A program made the position numbers and the translations under genes. From the NCBI GenBank assembly GCA_951406725.2, contig OX597829.1, positions 15,190,001 through 15,254,000 on the forward strand: a stretch of DNA of 64,000 bases, read 5' to 3'. The notes under the pieces are model-generated. The model did no database searches, had not been told where the DNA came from, and saw only the letters and a list, made by a program, of their open reading frames with translations. Shown here piece after piece: positions 41,101-55,110 of the stretch (positions are counted from its first letter, which is position 1; each line of letters begins with the position of its first letter). Source of the DNA: Octopus vulgaris (Eukaryota).

Positions 41101-43619
41101 CATGAGAATGTGAGCAGACCATTGCAATTTTGTGGTCACTATTTAGAAGCGTTCCTTTCGTGGCCATCGGGCATTTTAAGTTCTTCAGGTACGACATTAT
41201 TTAATATATTGTTTCCTTGAGTAAAGTGGTATGGCTTTAGGTATGGACGAAAGATTTGGTTGTTATCTATAGCAGAACGAGCAGCCGTGTTGAGGCTATC
41301 TTATCAATTGATTCATTCCATTAGTTACTTTGATGGGGTGGGAATTCTTTGTTCATGCAGATGAGGAAGAGCAACCCCACTAACTATCTTCCATGAACTT
41401 CATTTCGAGTTTGATAGAAGGATGGAGAAGTTGGAGAAGGAAATAAAGGACTTTATCTCAGAGGTGACTATTGGTAGAAAGCTGTGTATAAATATCCAGA
41501 GACGGAACAAAACTTGACCCGAAAGCCCGTTAAGAAACGGTTACTATTTAAGACAGCCAAGTGTTGTGCAGATGGATTAAATCTTCCATGCAAATTGACT
41601 GTTTGGTTGACTATGAGTTTGGGGAAGTTCGAAAACCGTTGCTGGTGGAAAAGAAGAGGAATGATAACGTTTCGAAATTGATTTTTTGTCAGAGCCAGAA
41701 CGGAAAACATTTACGCGTAATGTGCTAGTCTTGAATGACAGCTATCTTCTGTTTCCTTCTATCATCGTAAAGTAACGTATTCGAACCTCCCAAATTCACT
41801 GTAAAATTATTACCAGCACTACAAAGCAACCACCACGAACACCAGTTTCCTCGGACGTTTCTCTGCGAGTTGTTTTTGCTATTCTTGTTGTTAAGCCTAG
41901 ATTAATCTTGATTCGGCAGACGTTTGACAAAATGGGTTCCTGTTATGCCAGTCCTGCCTTTTTTTGTATACGTACCCAATATAAGTCAATATAACTTACA
42001 TTAGCCAATATAGCTTACTTCCTCTCTATAAGGCGAATTAATGTGACTTGAAGATTTGGCTGTTATTTCTAACTGTTCAAATAATTGCGTAGAGGATTTC
42101 TCACGCGATGTTATTCTTTAACACAGATCATATTTGATAGAGTTGACCTGTGATGAAAGCAATTGCGGTTGTGACCATTTCATCTTATATAGTTTCCAGG
42201 GAATCCAAACCCATATGATCTAATAACCTTTTTTATTCTAGACAATATACCAGGATTTCAAGAAAATTTGGCTGCACTTTCTAACAGTAGCTCACGTGAC
42301 CGCATAGAGTCTCACTTGTTTGTTCGACACTCATTGATTAGGATGGATCGTGTAAATTTAATTTGATCAGTAAAACCAGAAACAGCACTTCATGCACACT
42401 CACACTCTCTCTTTCTCTCTCTCTCCCACACACACACTTACACACACATACACACACACGCACACACACACACACACACACACACGCACATATAACTCAA
42501 CATAACTCAACAAACGGCTACAACATAACCATGGTAACAAAAAGCATTGTAAAATAAAAGATATACATAACACATGGGTTTTGATAAGATGTGCGAGATA
42601 ACGAGATATAAGATTTCATAATACACTAGAATACCTGTGTGGTCATAAGATAACTATTATCAGGAGCTAGGAGACATCATAAGATATAAGCTGTTATAAG
42701 TTATAGATTATCATAATATATGAATTATGATGAAATACGAGACGCATAGATTATGATAAAATGTAAGCTATCAAAAAACATAAATATTATATGATATATA
42801 TATTATCTTAATACATGGCACATGTGATATCGTAAGATATGTGACATCATAACATAAGTAACAAGCAATGATGTGATGTAAGACATCGTAAGATTATAAC
42901 ATAATATAAGTTACATAAGATTGCTTATATCGCAAGATATGACAACATATTCTTGAGTTTACCCTAGGATATGTCATAAGATTAAATAAGAGCGCATAAC
43001 GTATAAGGTATCATAAGACATGGGTTATAATATGGATGTTATCATTACATGTAAGACGTCATAAGATATATGGTGTCGTAAAATATGGCTTGACATAAAT
43101 AATCATAAGCTCTTCAGCTACCGGTGCTACCGGTGCAGGTGGTAGTAGAGGCGTTGGGGAGGGGGGTTCTAGTAGTAGTGTTAGATTTGATTAGATGGTA
43201 AGGCGGAGATTTTTAATTTGTTTGTGTCGTATTCTGCTCGTAGTTGTTGATGTTTGTGCTGCTGTTGATAATGATGTCAATGTCGCTGTTGATAATAATG
43301 ATCATAACAACGACTGCGACAATGACGATGCTGGTGATGATTATGGTGATGAGGATGATGATGAAGACAACAAAAAAGATGGTGATGATGATAGTGGTAT
43401 CGATGGTGATGGTGATGAATATGATGATTATAGTACGGTGTTGTTTTTCGTCGTAGTTACTTTTGTTTTATTTTTTGGCAACAATTTCTCCGAAATTAGA
43501 CAATGTTTTCCAGGGTTTGTTTTTGTTTTATTCCCCCGTTTTTTTTTTGTTTCAGTGCGAAAGCAAATTGAATTTGATTGTGTGTATGCATATATATTTG
43601 CAAACACGCATGTATGTAA

Positions 43620-43660
<41 letters not shown>

Positions 43661-43695
43661 CATATATACACATGCATATATATATATGTGTGTAG

Positions 43696-43752
<57 letters not shown>

Positions 43753-44364
43753 CTCACACATAATTTGTTCACGCCTTTTGAACATGTGACTATGATGCAG
43801 TGAAACAGGAAGAAAAATGGAAATATGTTCACAAACGCACATGTAGCTACATACACACACACACACATATATATATATACATACATATGTGCATATACAA
43901 ATGTACATGTACACGCACATATAAATATTATAAATATATATACATACATATAACATACATATATATAATTATACTTATATATACATATATACCAATACCT
44001 ATGCCAATATATATATATATGTATGCATGTATATATGTGTGTGTACATATGTGTTTGTGTGTGTATGAATGAATGTATGCGTGTGTGTGTGTGTGTCTGT
44101 AGTTTCTGAATAGATAAGGTAACTAACATCAACGAAGAACGATGAAAATAAACATTAAAAAACAGCAAAACTAAAATGGATAACTGAATTGTTTAAGCAA
44201 GTACGTGAGATAATTTATATATACACCCCATACCCATTACGGTTGTTCAGCAAAACAACTATCATCATCGCATATATTACTCATCGGAGACATTGAGACA
44301 CTTGCATCACTTAACAGCCAATTGATATTTCATATACACACAAACACATACACACGCGCATGCG

Positions 44365-44406
<42 letters not shown>

Positions 44407-44695
44407 GTATATGTGTATTTGTAATGTGCACATATTTATATATGCATATAGACATACATGCATATGAACTAACTTAAATACGTGCGTGCGTATGTAGATG
44501 TATGTATGTGTTTGTGCATGTATTTATCTAAGTAAATATATGTATATATATGCATATATATGCATGTCGGTATTTTTATGCATATATACTTATAAAGATA
44601 GATAGATTAGCATATAAGTAAGCTTATCTACATAAATGAATACATATATATAAATATGTATATATATATATGTGATATGTATATGTATGTATATA

Positions 44696-44733
<38 letters not shown>

Positions 44734-44747
44734 CCCACACATATAAT

Positions 44748-44787
<40 letters not shown>

Positions 44788-45607
44788 CATACATATCTAC
44801 ATATATATATATACATAATACATGAATTTATTCGATGCTTAATATTCCTGCTTATGATCATTTCTCCTTTACGTAATCACTTCGATTAGCGGTGGGGAGA
44901 AAATTGCAACAGATTAACGACACACCGAACGTCATTTCCCAATATAGATTGTATATGTGCGCATGTACATGTGTCAGTGTATGTGCGATGTATATATATG
45001 TATGTTTTACCTATGTATATAAATAAATAAATATATATATATATATATATGGACTTATATAGATATGTCTGTGACATATATATGTGTATGGCTGTCGGTG
45101 TGTATTTCCGTATAATCGATCTGGTTGTTGTTTTAATCCACAGTCAACAATAACACTGCATTAAGAGAGATCGTCTTCAAAGAAAAAGCACGTACATTGA
45201 CCTACATTTTTAAAGACCTGTATCTTGGAACAAAATCTTTAACGTCTGCTGGTGTAGACCTCTACATAACTTTGAAGGAATCAAACCTATAGCCAAATTA
45301 TATTTACCACTACTCATGAAACAGTGTTAACACCAAGACAAAATTTATAAAAAATATCGAATAAGCAAATTTTACGATAAACAAATGTTACTCTTCCATC
45401 TACACTTAACAACAATTCCATCTGTAAAAACCTTTTTCAAAACCGCTCAATTCTGACTGAGCAACGACACTGTGACCAATGTCAATATTTGCCAAAACAA
45501 TCTCAAAACCATATTCAAGCAGCTCACATTCTCTTTCAGACATAACTCCAGAAGAAAGCAATCTTTTAGTCTCTCTCCCTCTTTCTGTCTTTCTGTCTTT
45601 CTTTCTG

Positions 45608-45656
<49 letters not shown>

Positions 45657-45839
45657 CTTTCTTTCTCTCTCGCTCTCTCTCCTTCTCTTCCTTTCTCTCT
45701 CACTCTCCCATTTGCTTTCACCCTTTCCCTCCCATTTTTCTTGTGACATTTACCCTGGGTGGAGTGAGTCGGCTTCATCCACCACCCTCGAGGCATTGTA
45801 TTCGCCATTGAGAATTCATGGAAGAAGTCCCCAAAGTCC

Positions 45840-45945
45840 ATCCCCTCCTCACCGTGGTGGGAGCGCTGGCAACGGGTTGTGTCAGAGCTATGCCGTCGGG
45901 AACTTCGGTTCCTGGTAGAGCCACCCAAGGCGGATTGGTCTGACA
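45840..45945 (+). mobile_element. RTE (BovB/Expander-type) LINE 5'-UTR fragment
   Basis: CCTCACCGTGGTGGGAG...GAGCTATGCCGTC...CCTGGTAGAGCCACCCAAGGCGGATTGGTC resembles the conserved RTE 5' UTR as I recall it. Confidence 0.6.
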
Positions 45946-46249
45946 CCGAGTGGTATTAGGGCCTCAATCAAAAGCGTTCGATATTTTACAAGCCAAGATA
46001 TCTATTCAACGGACTTTCGAACAATTTATTTTTATGCAATCATAACAGGTTCTTTAACAAGTTCTTCAAATCCATGAACGCCCTACGCAACCCAAATATT
46101 TTTTGCATCATCTCTTTTCTTTCCTATACTAACCCAATCACTATCATTTCCTCACACACCTATATTGAAATTAACAATAAATGCTCCTAAGAGCATGGAA
46201 GGTTATTTACATGGAAGGTTATTATACTCACAGTGAAAATACTGTGACG

Positions 46250-49090
46250 TTACGTGTGAGGTGCCAGTTTAAACATTCCTTTGCACTTTTTGCAGTGATG
46301 GTAGAACAGAGATCATTCTCAAATAATTTCCAGTTTCCTTTTTGATTATTCCTAGTGCTTTTACGATCACTGGTATTGTAACCGTCTTGAGATGCCATAT
46401 TTTTTTCGATTTCAATGACCAAATCTTTATACTTTCTGAGCTTGTCAAATTCTTTTGCTGGGATATTATGATCACAAGGAATGCTCATGTGGATCAATAA
46501 GCTTTATTGTTTTGGTCTTTAATGGCAATATCCGGTTTATTAGCTTCGGTGGTTAGGTCTGGAATTAGAGGAAAGTCTCAAAGAATCGTTACATTTTCTC
46601 TATGCCTTAGGGTGAGGCATATATTTGTCAACAGTTTTGAGTTTATATTGCCAACATATTAACCAGTGTAAGCATTGAACAACTCTGTCATGTCTTGATT
46701 TTTTCCTTTGTTATTATTATCGTTTTCTTCTTTCAATTTTGTTTCCATTTCTTGCCGAGTGTTTTCTCAACATCTAGGGAAAAGAAACTCACTGTGTATA
46801 TTGGTAGGCCACCGAAATAAACACACCAGATTGTTCATTTACAAAGACATGTGATAGAGAAAAAGAGGAAAGAAGTCAAAGGAAAGAAGGAAAAAAAGAA
46901 AGATGATAAAAGAAAACAAAGAAAATAAGGAGGAAAGGAACGAAAATTCACAGCGACAATGCTCTTCTTAATACGTGTGACGTACCAGTTAAGACAAATT
47001 TTTGCTCTTTCTGCATGGATAGTAAACCATTGATCATCTTCAAATAATTTTCAAATCACTTTTTGATCATTCCAAGTGCTCCTATAATCATAGGTATTGT
47101 AACCGTCTTGAGATGCCACATTTTTTTCGATTTCAATCAACAAATATTTATACTTTCTGAGCTTATCACATTCTTTTGCCGAGATATTATAATCACAAGT
47201 TATGCTCATGTTAATAAATAAACGGTTTGTTGCTTTAGTCTTTCATGACAATATATTGTTTATTGGCTTTCATGGTCCACTATGCATGTGCTGGAAAGTC
47301 CCAAAGAATCGTTATATTTTCTTCCTCCGTTACAGAGTGGTGCTTGTACCATTCGTCAACAGTTTTGATTGTATAATGGCAACCATATTAACCAGTGTAG
47401 ATGTTGGCCAACTCTGTCATGTTTTTATTTATACTCTACCGGTTCTAAGATTAGGTAGTCCACTGTTTGTTTCAATCTCATCGTTGCAGTATCGGTATTT
47501 TGGATCAACTTCATTTTTCATCACATTGGTTTGATAGCTCCGGGTCAATAAGATCTGACTTTGAGCAGCTAACACAAGGCCTTCGCTCTCAGTCTTTAAC
47601 CTTGAGCTCCGTAGCCATTGATGGGTGTGATTCTGGTCAACATCAGCTTGTTTGCTATGGGCCACGTATTTACCATGCAGATATTTTTGTTCCCACTTCT
47701 AAGCCAACTGGTCAAATGCTTTTTGCTTTGTCAGATTTCACCTTCTTTACAACAATAGTTGCCGCATTTCCATCAATCTGTTCCGCCTGGGTATTATGCA
47801 TAAACTCACCTGAATTTTTTTTTTTTTGCTTTCCTTCATTACAGAATGAATCTTCTTACGTCCCACGTGGTTTTCAACGAACTTTAGCATCCAGTCGTTG
47901 GATGTTTGAATATATTTGGCCAGTGCAAGTTTGGTGGTTTTGTGAGTCTCGAACTCCTTGGGGTTTTGTAAATATAAATACGATCTGCGTCTGATTTGGG
48001 TGGTGCATCTTATTGCAAGTCAGCAGCTTACAAATTTTCCTGCCAACCTTCCTTATTTCCCTCATATTCCAGTTCAACACCTTGAAATTATAAATAACAA
48101 AGTGAGCTGCTAAAGAATTTATGACTAACACCTTGTCACGTGCATTTATTCAGATTTTAGGACTGCTCGAACTCTCCTGTAACATTCCTTCCTAATCTTT
48201 TCCGTCATGCTTGCAAGCTGAATGCCAGAGCCCTCATTTATTCCGTGGTATATGTAAATTTGTTCCTGCTCAAGTTTGTTTTATGACTGTGTCAACATTT
48301 AACACCATTGAATGTGAGATTTTCAATTTCACTTTCTGGAAAGTGGCCCTCGCACATTTAGCAAAACCAAATTCCATCCCGATGTCATCACTGAATGCTT
48401 TCACAGTACGTAGTAGTTCTTCAAGCACATTATCATCTTTGCTATAGAGTTTTAAGTTATCCATGTAAAATAGATTAATTTCTTGCCGCTAGTTTTATAC
48501 CCATACCCTGTTCTGTTAAGTTCATTTGTAAAGGGTATTAGGGCTCTGCAAAAACAAAAAAATAAATGTGAAAGTAAGTTACTCTGGAAAATTGCACAGT
48601 TCATATTAATATGGTTTGTAGTTAGTACTCCGTTAGAGTGGTATAATTGGAGATTCGTATTCCACACTGACATGTTTTGATTCAGGAAGTTTGAAATCAC
48701 AGGAGAAATTTTGAAGATATCCACTGATTTCAAGATCCATGAATGCGGTATGCTATCAAAGGCTTTTTTATAATCAATCCATGCGGAACTGAGATTTCTT
48801 TGTTTGTTATGACAGTTCTCAAGGGTCATGTGATTGATTAGACGTTGATTTTTGCATCCATATGAGCCTCGTCGGCACCCCTTTTGTTCAGTGAGGAAAA
48901 TGTTCTGTTCCATAAATTTGTATCTTCTCTCCGCGAGGATGGATGTTAAAATTTTATACGCGGTAGATAGACACGTTATGGGCCGATAGCTATGGAGAGA
49001 TTTGGCTTTGTTATTCTTTGGAAGTAGGTAAGTAATAACACTTGCTAGCCAATCAGGTGTTTTCTTAGGATCTCCCATAATTTATTGAAA
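46250..49090 (-). mobile_element. R4/Dong-like LINE remnant (RT plus restriction-like endonuclease), with two 3' ends
   Basis: YRPITCLSTAYK; EQKGCRRGSYGCK; WIDYKKAFDSIPHSWI; YMDNLKLY; LAAQSQ.L.TR; KE.DKLRKYKDL..EI; LKTVTIPVI..ALG. The EN region occurs at ~46980-47450 and again at ~46250-46700. Confidence 0.9.
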
Positions 49091-49439
49091 AGATGAACTA
49101 GCTTTTTGTGTGCGCACGAGAGCGATGCGAATTAGAAATTTGGCACCCTATTGTTATCATTAATACTAATGTAATTAACAAGACTGTTATCTCGAGGTTT
49201 GGTAACAACAAGTCTCCTCAAATTTCAAGAAACTTACTTAAACTTCTTACAAAACACGGTACTGCATTGTGCTACAGGTCTACAATACGAATCTCAGTTC
49301 CCATGCTTTTCAGTTTATTGAGTAGCAGTTTGGCTATCGTACCAAGAACACCAGAGGAATAATTGTTTTTCTCGTCTTCCACAATGTTCTTCATCTCTTC
49401 TTCTAGGTACTTGTGTTATTCAATTTCTATGTACTTACG

Positions 49440-50220
49440 TTACTCAGGAGTGAGAAGGAATTGAAAAGAAATTTAAATATGAATTGAAAAACAAAAAAAT
49501 TTCATCTACTGCAGCGTATGTCCAGAATGCAACGGGAATTACATTGGGGAAACACGAACAGAACTAACCAGTCGTGTAAATGCGCAAATTGCACATTAAA
49601 GATTCCTGTCTTAGCAATGTTCCATGCAATAAACATCTAGACATTTGCGTATAGTGTGTATTTTGTGTGTTGTGTGCATTAAGTGTCTAAGCGCTTTCAT
49701 ACTTCTATTCTTCAGACATGTAATTTGAGCTAATGTGTAGTTAGAAAGTTGTTTTTAATAATGGTTTTGACTATTTCCGGTTTAGTTTCGGATTTAGAAT
49801 TCTTATTAAATACAATTCTTTTGCATTCCGTAGTCCATCTTTATTGTCGTTTATTTTGAAAAAGGGAAATATTTAAAATTTTCTATTTGTACAAATGTCT
49901 AGATATTTACTACATGAAACATTTCTAAGACATGAATCTTTAATGTGCTTTTTGCGCATTTGCACGACTGGTTACTTTTGTTCGTGTTTCCCCAATGTAA
50001 TTCTCGTTGCATTCTGGACATATGCTGCAGTAGATGAGATTTTTTGTTTTTCAATTCATTCCTTACCACTCTTAAATCTTTCGGATATTCTTTCTTCAAT
50101 CATTTACGTCCAGTTGCGAAGGTCTCAGAAGCTTGTTTCTTCTTTTATTTCTTTCAGCGATGAGAATTTCGCCTTTGTTGAGATTTGGTGGTTGTCTTCG
50201 ACTGTTGATGATTTGTAACT
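49440..50220. mobile_element. Penelope-like GIY-YIG fragment with an inverted partial copy
   Basis: Minus strand ~49890-50060 reads NLIYCSICPECNENYIGETRT...CSKYLDIC..F.IFPFFK; an inverted copy lies at ~49483-49648. Confidence 0.8.
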
Positions 50221-50823
50221 TTTTAATCATTTGTCATACATCTGATGATTGATGTAGCATTGGGAGGTATCGTTGGCCGAATGCAGAATGTTCCAAAGAT
50301 TATAGGTGAGTACAAATGGAATCGTTATATTTGTATATATTTCACAAGAAATACACACAATACGCCATCTTTTTCCCAAAGATCGGTGATCTTCTGTTAC
50401 CTAAATAAAACATATTTTTTCGATAGTTGATAAATTTTAAAATATCTTTCTATGTATATGTGTGTATATGTGTATGTGTGTGTGACTATTTATGTGTGCG
50501 TATGTGCGTGAAAAGGTGTTACTTTTAACATTGCATGTCTCCTCGTGTTAGAAATATTTCGATGAATCTATCAAGATCAGGTGCACTTATTTACAGAACT
50601 CAACAAAGAAATTATTTGTTAAAGTGAGCTGATGTATGCCAAAGAGGCCATAATTCATTGGGTGTAGGTAGAACAGCAAGAATCTAAACAATATTGTATC
50701 TATTCATTCTGAATACCTCCCAACAGATTCGAACGTGAATATACTGCGCACTGTCATTTTCTGTCATTGGTTAATGGATGGATGGATGGATAGAGGAAAG
50801 GAGAGATGCATGTATAGCTTACT

Positions 50824-50871
<48 letters not shown>

Positions 50872-51462
50872 ACTAACAGTTAGACAAGTAGGTGTATAGT
50901 TGTATGAGTGCGTGCGTGTGTATGCGTACGTGTGTGTGTGTGTGCGTGTATATGCTGAAACATAGATAACATATATGCGGTTGTTCATATATATGGAATG
51001 AGACACTCAAATACCAGTTTGAATTCTGCTTAGTATAGTAACCTTGTTTCCCATAAGCGGCGTCTGAGATCTGAAAAGCGAGAAGACAGACATATTTAAT
51101 CAGATTACCATTTTAAATTCGTTCAACACCATGGAAAAGAAAAGATAGTTAAATGGATGTAATTTGTATTTTCCTTCTCATTAATAAAGAATTAGCACCA
51201 AAATTTGGTACCATATCATTCTTCTAGTTTAACAAGCAGTTTGCCTCTATTTTGGAGAATATATAGAAGATAAGAGAAACATCTACGTTGCATATTTCTA
51301 GGTAGTGGCTGTGGGAAACCGAACGACTTATTTCCCTTTGTATGTCTTCTGGCCGCCATACTAGTATTCATAATACATACATGCATACATACACACACAC
51401 ATACATACATACATACATGCATACATATATACATATACACACACACACGTGTGTGTGTATGT

Positions 51463-51540
51463 GAAGGCGCATGGCTCAGTGGTTAGAGCGTCGAACTTAC
51501 GACCGTCAGGATGTGAGTTCAAATACTGGACCGGGCTGCG
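51463..51540 (+). mobile_element. tRNA-like SINE head
   Basis: A box TGGCTCAGTGGTTAGAGCG and B box GAGTTCAAATAC; no acceptor-stem closure. Confidence 0.6.
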
Positions 51541-52149
51541 TTCCCTCTCTCTTACTCCTCCTCCTCCTCAACTCTCTCGTCACTGACACGGGATCAAAGG
51601 GAAGCCATCTTTCCAACTGCTATCTTCACCAAGACAAGACCGCTTATCCTGTCTCTTTCATAAGCTATCTCCTCAAGCGTTCAAAATAATTTTTCCATTG
51701 TCTCGACATAACAACCCTCATCGTTTGTTTTTTCTGTGTTATTCTCTTTGCTCTATCTTTTACTGTTTTTACTTTTATTGTTTTTACTGTCTTGTTTTGT
51801 TCTCACTGTCCTGTTCTTGTTACCACTTTTACCCCTCTGCAAAAAATCCCAAATTTTATTTAATTTGCTTTGCGGGAAGGATTGTTTCAGTGAAGTCGCA
51901 TCTTGTCGTTACCTTCGATACGGGGAGTAGACGAAACAGGGACAACTGAAGAAGAGGAATATTCCTTGCACTATGTTTTTTCGTTGTTTGAAAAGAGTTC
52001 GTTTCCAGGTTTTTGTTTTTGTGTTTTCGTTTCTCATTGTGTTCAACGTTTTTTTAATGTCCTGTACCCATATATGCATGTATTTATACATATAAATGTA
52101 GGTATGTACATATATATATATGTATATATGCATATATCTATATATAATT

Positions 52150-52184
<35 letters not shown>

Positions 52185-52187
<3 letters not shown>

Positions 52188-52345
52188 CGGACTTCTTTCA
52201 GTTTCCTTCGACCAAATCTACTCACAAAGCTTTGGTCGGCCTGAGGCTATAGTAGAAAGCACTTGTCTAAGGTGCCACGCAGTGAGACTGAACTAGAGAC
52301 CATTTGGTAGGGAAGCAAGCTTCTTAGTACACAGCCACGCCCGAG
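52185..52345 (-). mobile_element. SINE family B, 5' portion
   Basis: Matches 5200-5350. Confidence 0.8.
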
Positions 52346-52882
52346 CCTTTATTAAAACAACCACTTCTTTTATCTTGGAACCTAATGGTTCAATGAAGAC
52401 TAAATGTTCGCCTTATCAAAGATTACTAAGCAAAATACGATAGCGAATCGATTGAATCGTTAGAATGTTATGGCTATAAATTTTAATTTGTGCTTGACCG
52501 GTTGTTTACGTTCAAACTTCACAAAGGAGTTACATTGTCTACTACCTTTCGAGTGCTGATATAATAAGGCAATATTCAAGCAGTCGGGTATTTTTAACTT
52601 GAATGATACTAGTTTCAATCAAAGTACTACAGCTTGTTCATCCCGAATGATTCTTCACTTTAAGGGAGGATGTGTGTCTAAAATTCCAGCGACTATAGTA
52701 TTTCTCTGAGGGACAATGACCCCAGATATTATTAGCTTCGAAATACAGAAATCGAAAGCATATACATTTCTTTTTTTTTTCATCCTTCTTTCATATGTGT
52801 GAATATCCGAATGTACGTTCATGTGTGCATACATATGTGTAAATCCACAAATAGGTAAATAGACACATATATACATAAAATA

Positions 52883-52945
<63 letters not shown>

Positions 52946-52969
52946 CTTATATATATACATACACATACA

Positions 52970-53012
<43 letters not shown>

Positions 53013-53059
53013 TTGTGTATATGTGTATACATACATACCTATCGATATCGTTGTTCAAT

Positions 53060-53735
53060 ACAAATAGTAGACTTGTTATTACACACTTCTGTTGAATCCA
53101 TATCCAATTTCTTTACCATCTATATCTCTCGACGTCTTAATTTCTTCCAAATCTATGCTGTTGACGATGAACAACATACCATAGGGATTATTTGTAAAAT
53201 TTCTTCTGATCTTTTATTACAATATCTGCTGTATTTGTCAATATGTTTCTGTTCGTCTGTTTGTACAACCAAGTTCCACAGTTTCACCACAGCATTACTT
53301 TCTACAGCTTCCTCTCTTTTATTGAGGTTTTCTATTTTGATATGTCAACTTGATACATTACCTTAGTATTAGAACTGTTTTTCTTTATGTAAAGTATTTC
53401 TAATTTCCAGGAGTGTGGTATACAATGGAAGACTTTTCGATAATCAATCAACAGCATACTTAGGCGTTTCTTTCTTTTGTTGTTGCCTTCAATAACTGTT
53501 CGGTTTACCAATAACTTTTTCTTTACATCCATTCATACTTCCCTTTTACGACACCCATTCTGCCTTCATGGAAAGACGTTATCATGGTCGATATGATAAA
53601 ACAGCCTGTTGGAGAGAATAGATGCCAAGGATTATATAAAATTGGTAAACAAGCTAATGGTCTTTATTTTCTAGTGTACATGATATTTTTTTTCTTCTGC
53701 TGTCTTAAAAATTAATATTGTCTTTCCTCTTATTA
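53060..53735 (-). mobile_element. R4/Dong-like RT remnant
   Basis: LSMLLIDYRKVFHCIPHSW and a QNGCRKG-like segment. Confidence 0.6.
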
Positions 53736-53739
53736 ATCA

Positions 53740-54500
53740 ATCACGTGTTGATTCTGGTATCCATACAGATTCATTGATTACAGCAGCGAAACCGGTTTCA
53801 CTTAGATGAACCGCCAGGTAAATGTAATCAACCCTGTCGAAGGTTTTAAATGAGTTTATATCGATCAGAACCTTATCAAGGGACAGATTTATACTCTCAC
53901 ACTCTATAATGTATTGCACCTGTTGGACGTTACTGCGTATAATTCATAGTCGAGTCGAAAATATATTGTGCATCACTGAAGACTCTGCCAAAGACGAACG
54001 CCAGCCAGTTTACGAAGAAGTTAGTCGATATATTTCGAGTCGTATTCAGCAGATTTAATGAATCTAAAATTATCAGTGACGTACCACTTGTCATCGTCCT
54101 TTTACAGTCACTCCCGACTTACACAGCTACGATTCCTCGCAGCCTGTTGTCATTTCCGAAAGTCTCCTGCAAGCACAGTCACGTATATGTATGACACGCA
54201 AGCATAAAATTCATAAGGAAGACCATCAAAGCCCGTCAATATTCCCTTCGCAAAACCACTCAGTACCACCCGTGTCTCCGTTTCCGTTATCGTTTTGTCA
54301 CAGCAAGTAATCTTTTCTGACGATAATTTCAGTAGGTTATTGTGGTTGGCGGTGATCAAAATACTGTTCAGTAAAGTGTCACTGAAAAATCGCCTGAATT
54401 GAAATTGCATACACTTACCGAGGTCCTTCAAATAACAAACTGTGGATTTGTTACTAAATCGAATTTCTCCTACTCAGGTCCAGCGAACTTGTTTATAACA
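53740..54500 (-). mobile_element. Tx1-like RT remnant
   Basis: ITETE...GFDGLPYEFY; KTFDRVDY.YL. Confidence 0.7.
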
Positions 54501-54719
54501 CGTTTTAGCTAGAACAATACTTCACTACTAGCGACAGATAAACGTATACAATGAAACATAATACAAAACCTAACTGCAAAAGATGTGAAGATTTCAAAGA
54601 AACAATTAATTGTATTGTTTCTATATATTATAGTGCATATTGTTATCCAAAGGAGAATACATGCCAAGTCATGACACAAATGGAACTTTTTTACATTGTA
54701 AATAATACCAGCGTCATGA

Positions 54720-55110
54720 GATACATATAGAAGAGGTGTCAAAGAATGTCAAACCGAACAGAATCTGGAACATACCAATTCATATAGACAGTGCGATTAA
54801 GAAAAAAAGTCTTACAGCCCACTTGGGAAAGAAATGCGTTTTAATCTATATATCAATTCCAAAAGACAACAATATGTCTCTAAAAGAAATGGAGAAACTA
54901 TCCAACTATAGATATCTAGAAATAGAAGTAGCCAGAATGTGAATGCATAACCATAATGTTCTTTGAACACAGAAACAATCGCCATAGGGATTTGGGGAAT
55001 AATGAAAAACTTCACAGACAAATTCATAAACAAAACTCTAGAACTTGCAAATATATAGAACATGCAGTAAATAGTATTACTCTGCATTGAGCACATAATA
55101 CATAATACAG
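54720..55110 (+). mobile_element. R4/Dong-like endonuclease 3' fragment
   Basis: IWNIPIHID...ISIPKDNN.SLKEMEKLSNYRYLEIEVARM. Confidence 0.7.

Noticed and set aside
51463-51540. Possible tRNA gene
   Set aside because: A and B boxes are present, but there is no proper acceptor stem or anticodon arm; a SINE head fits better.
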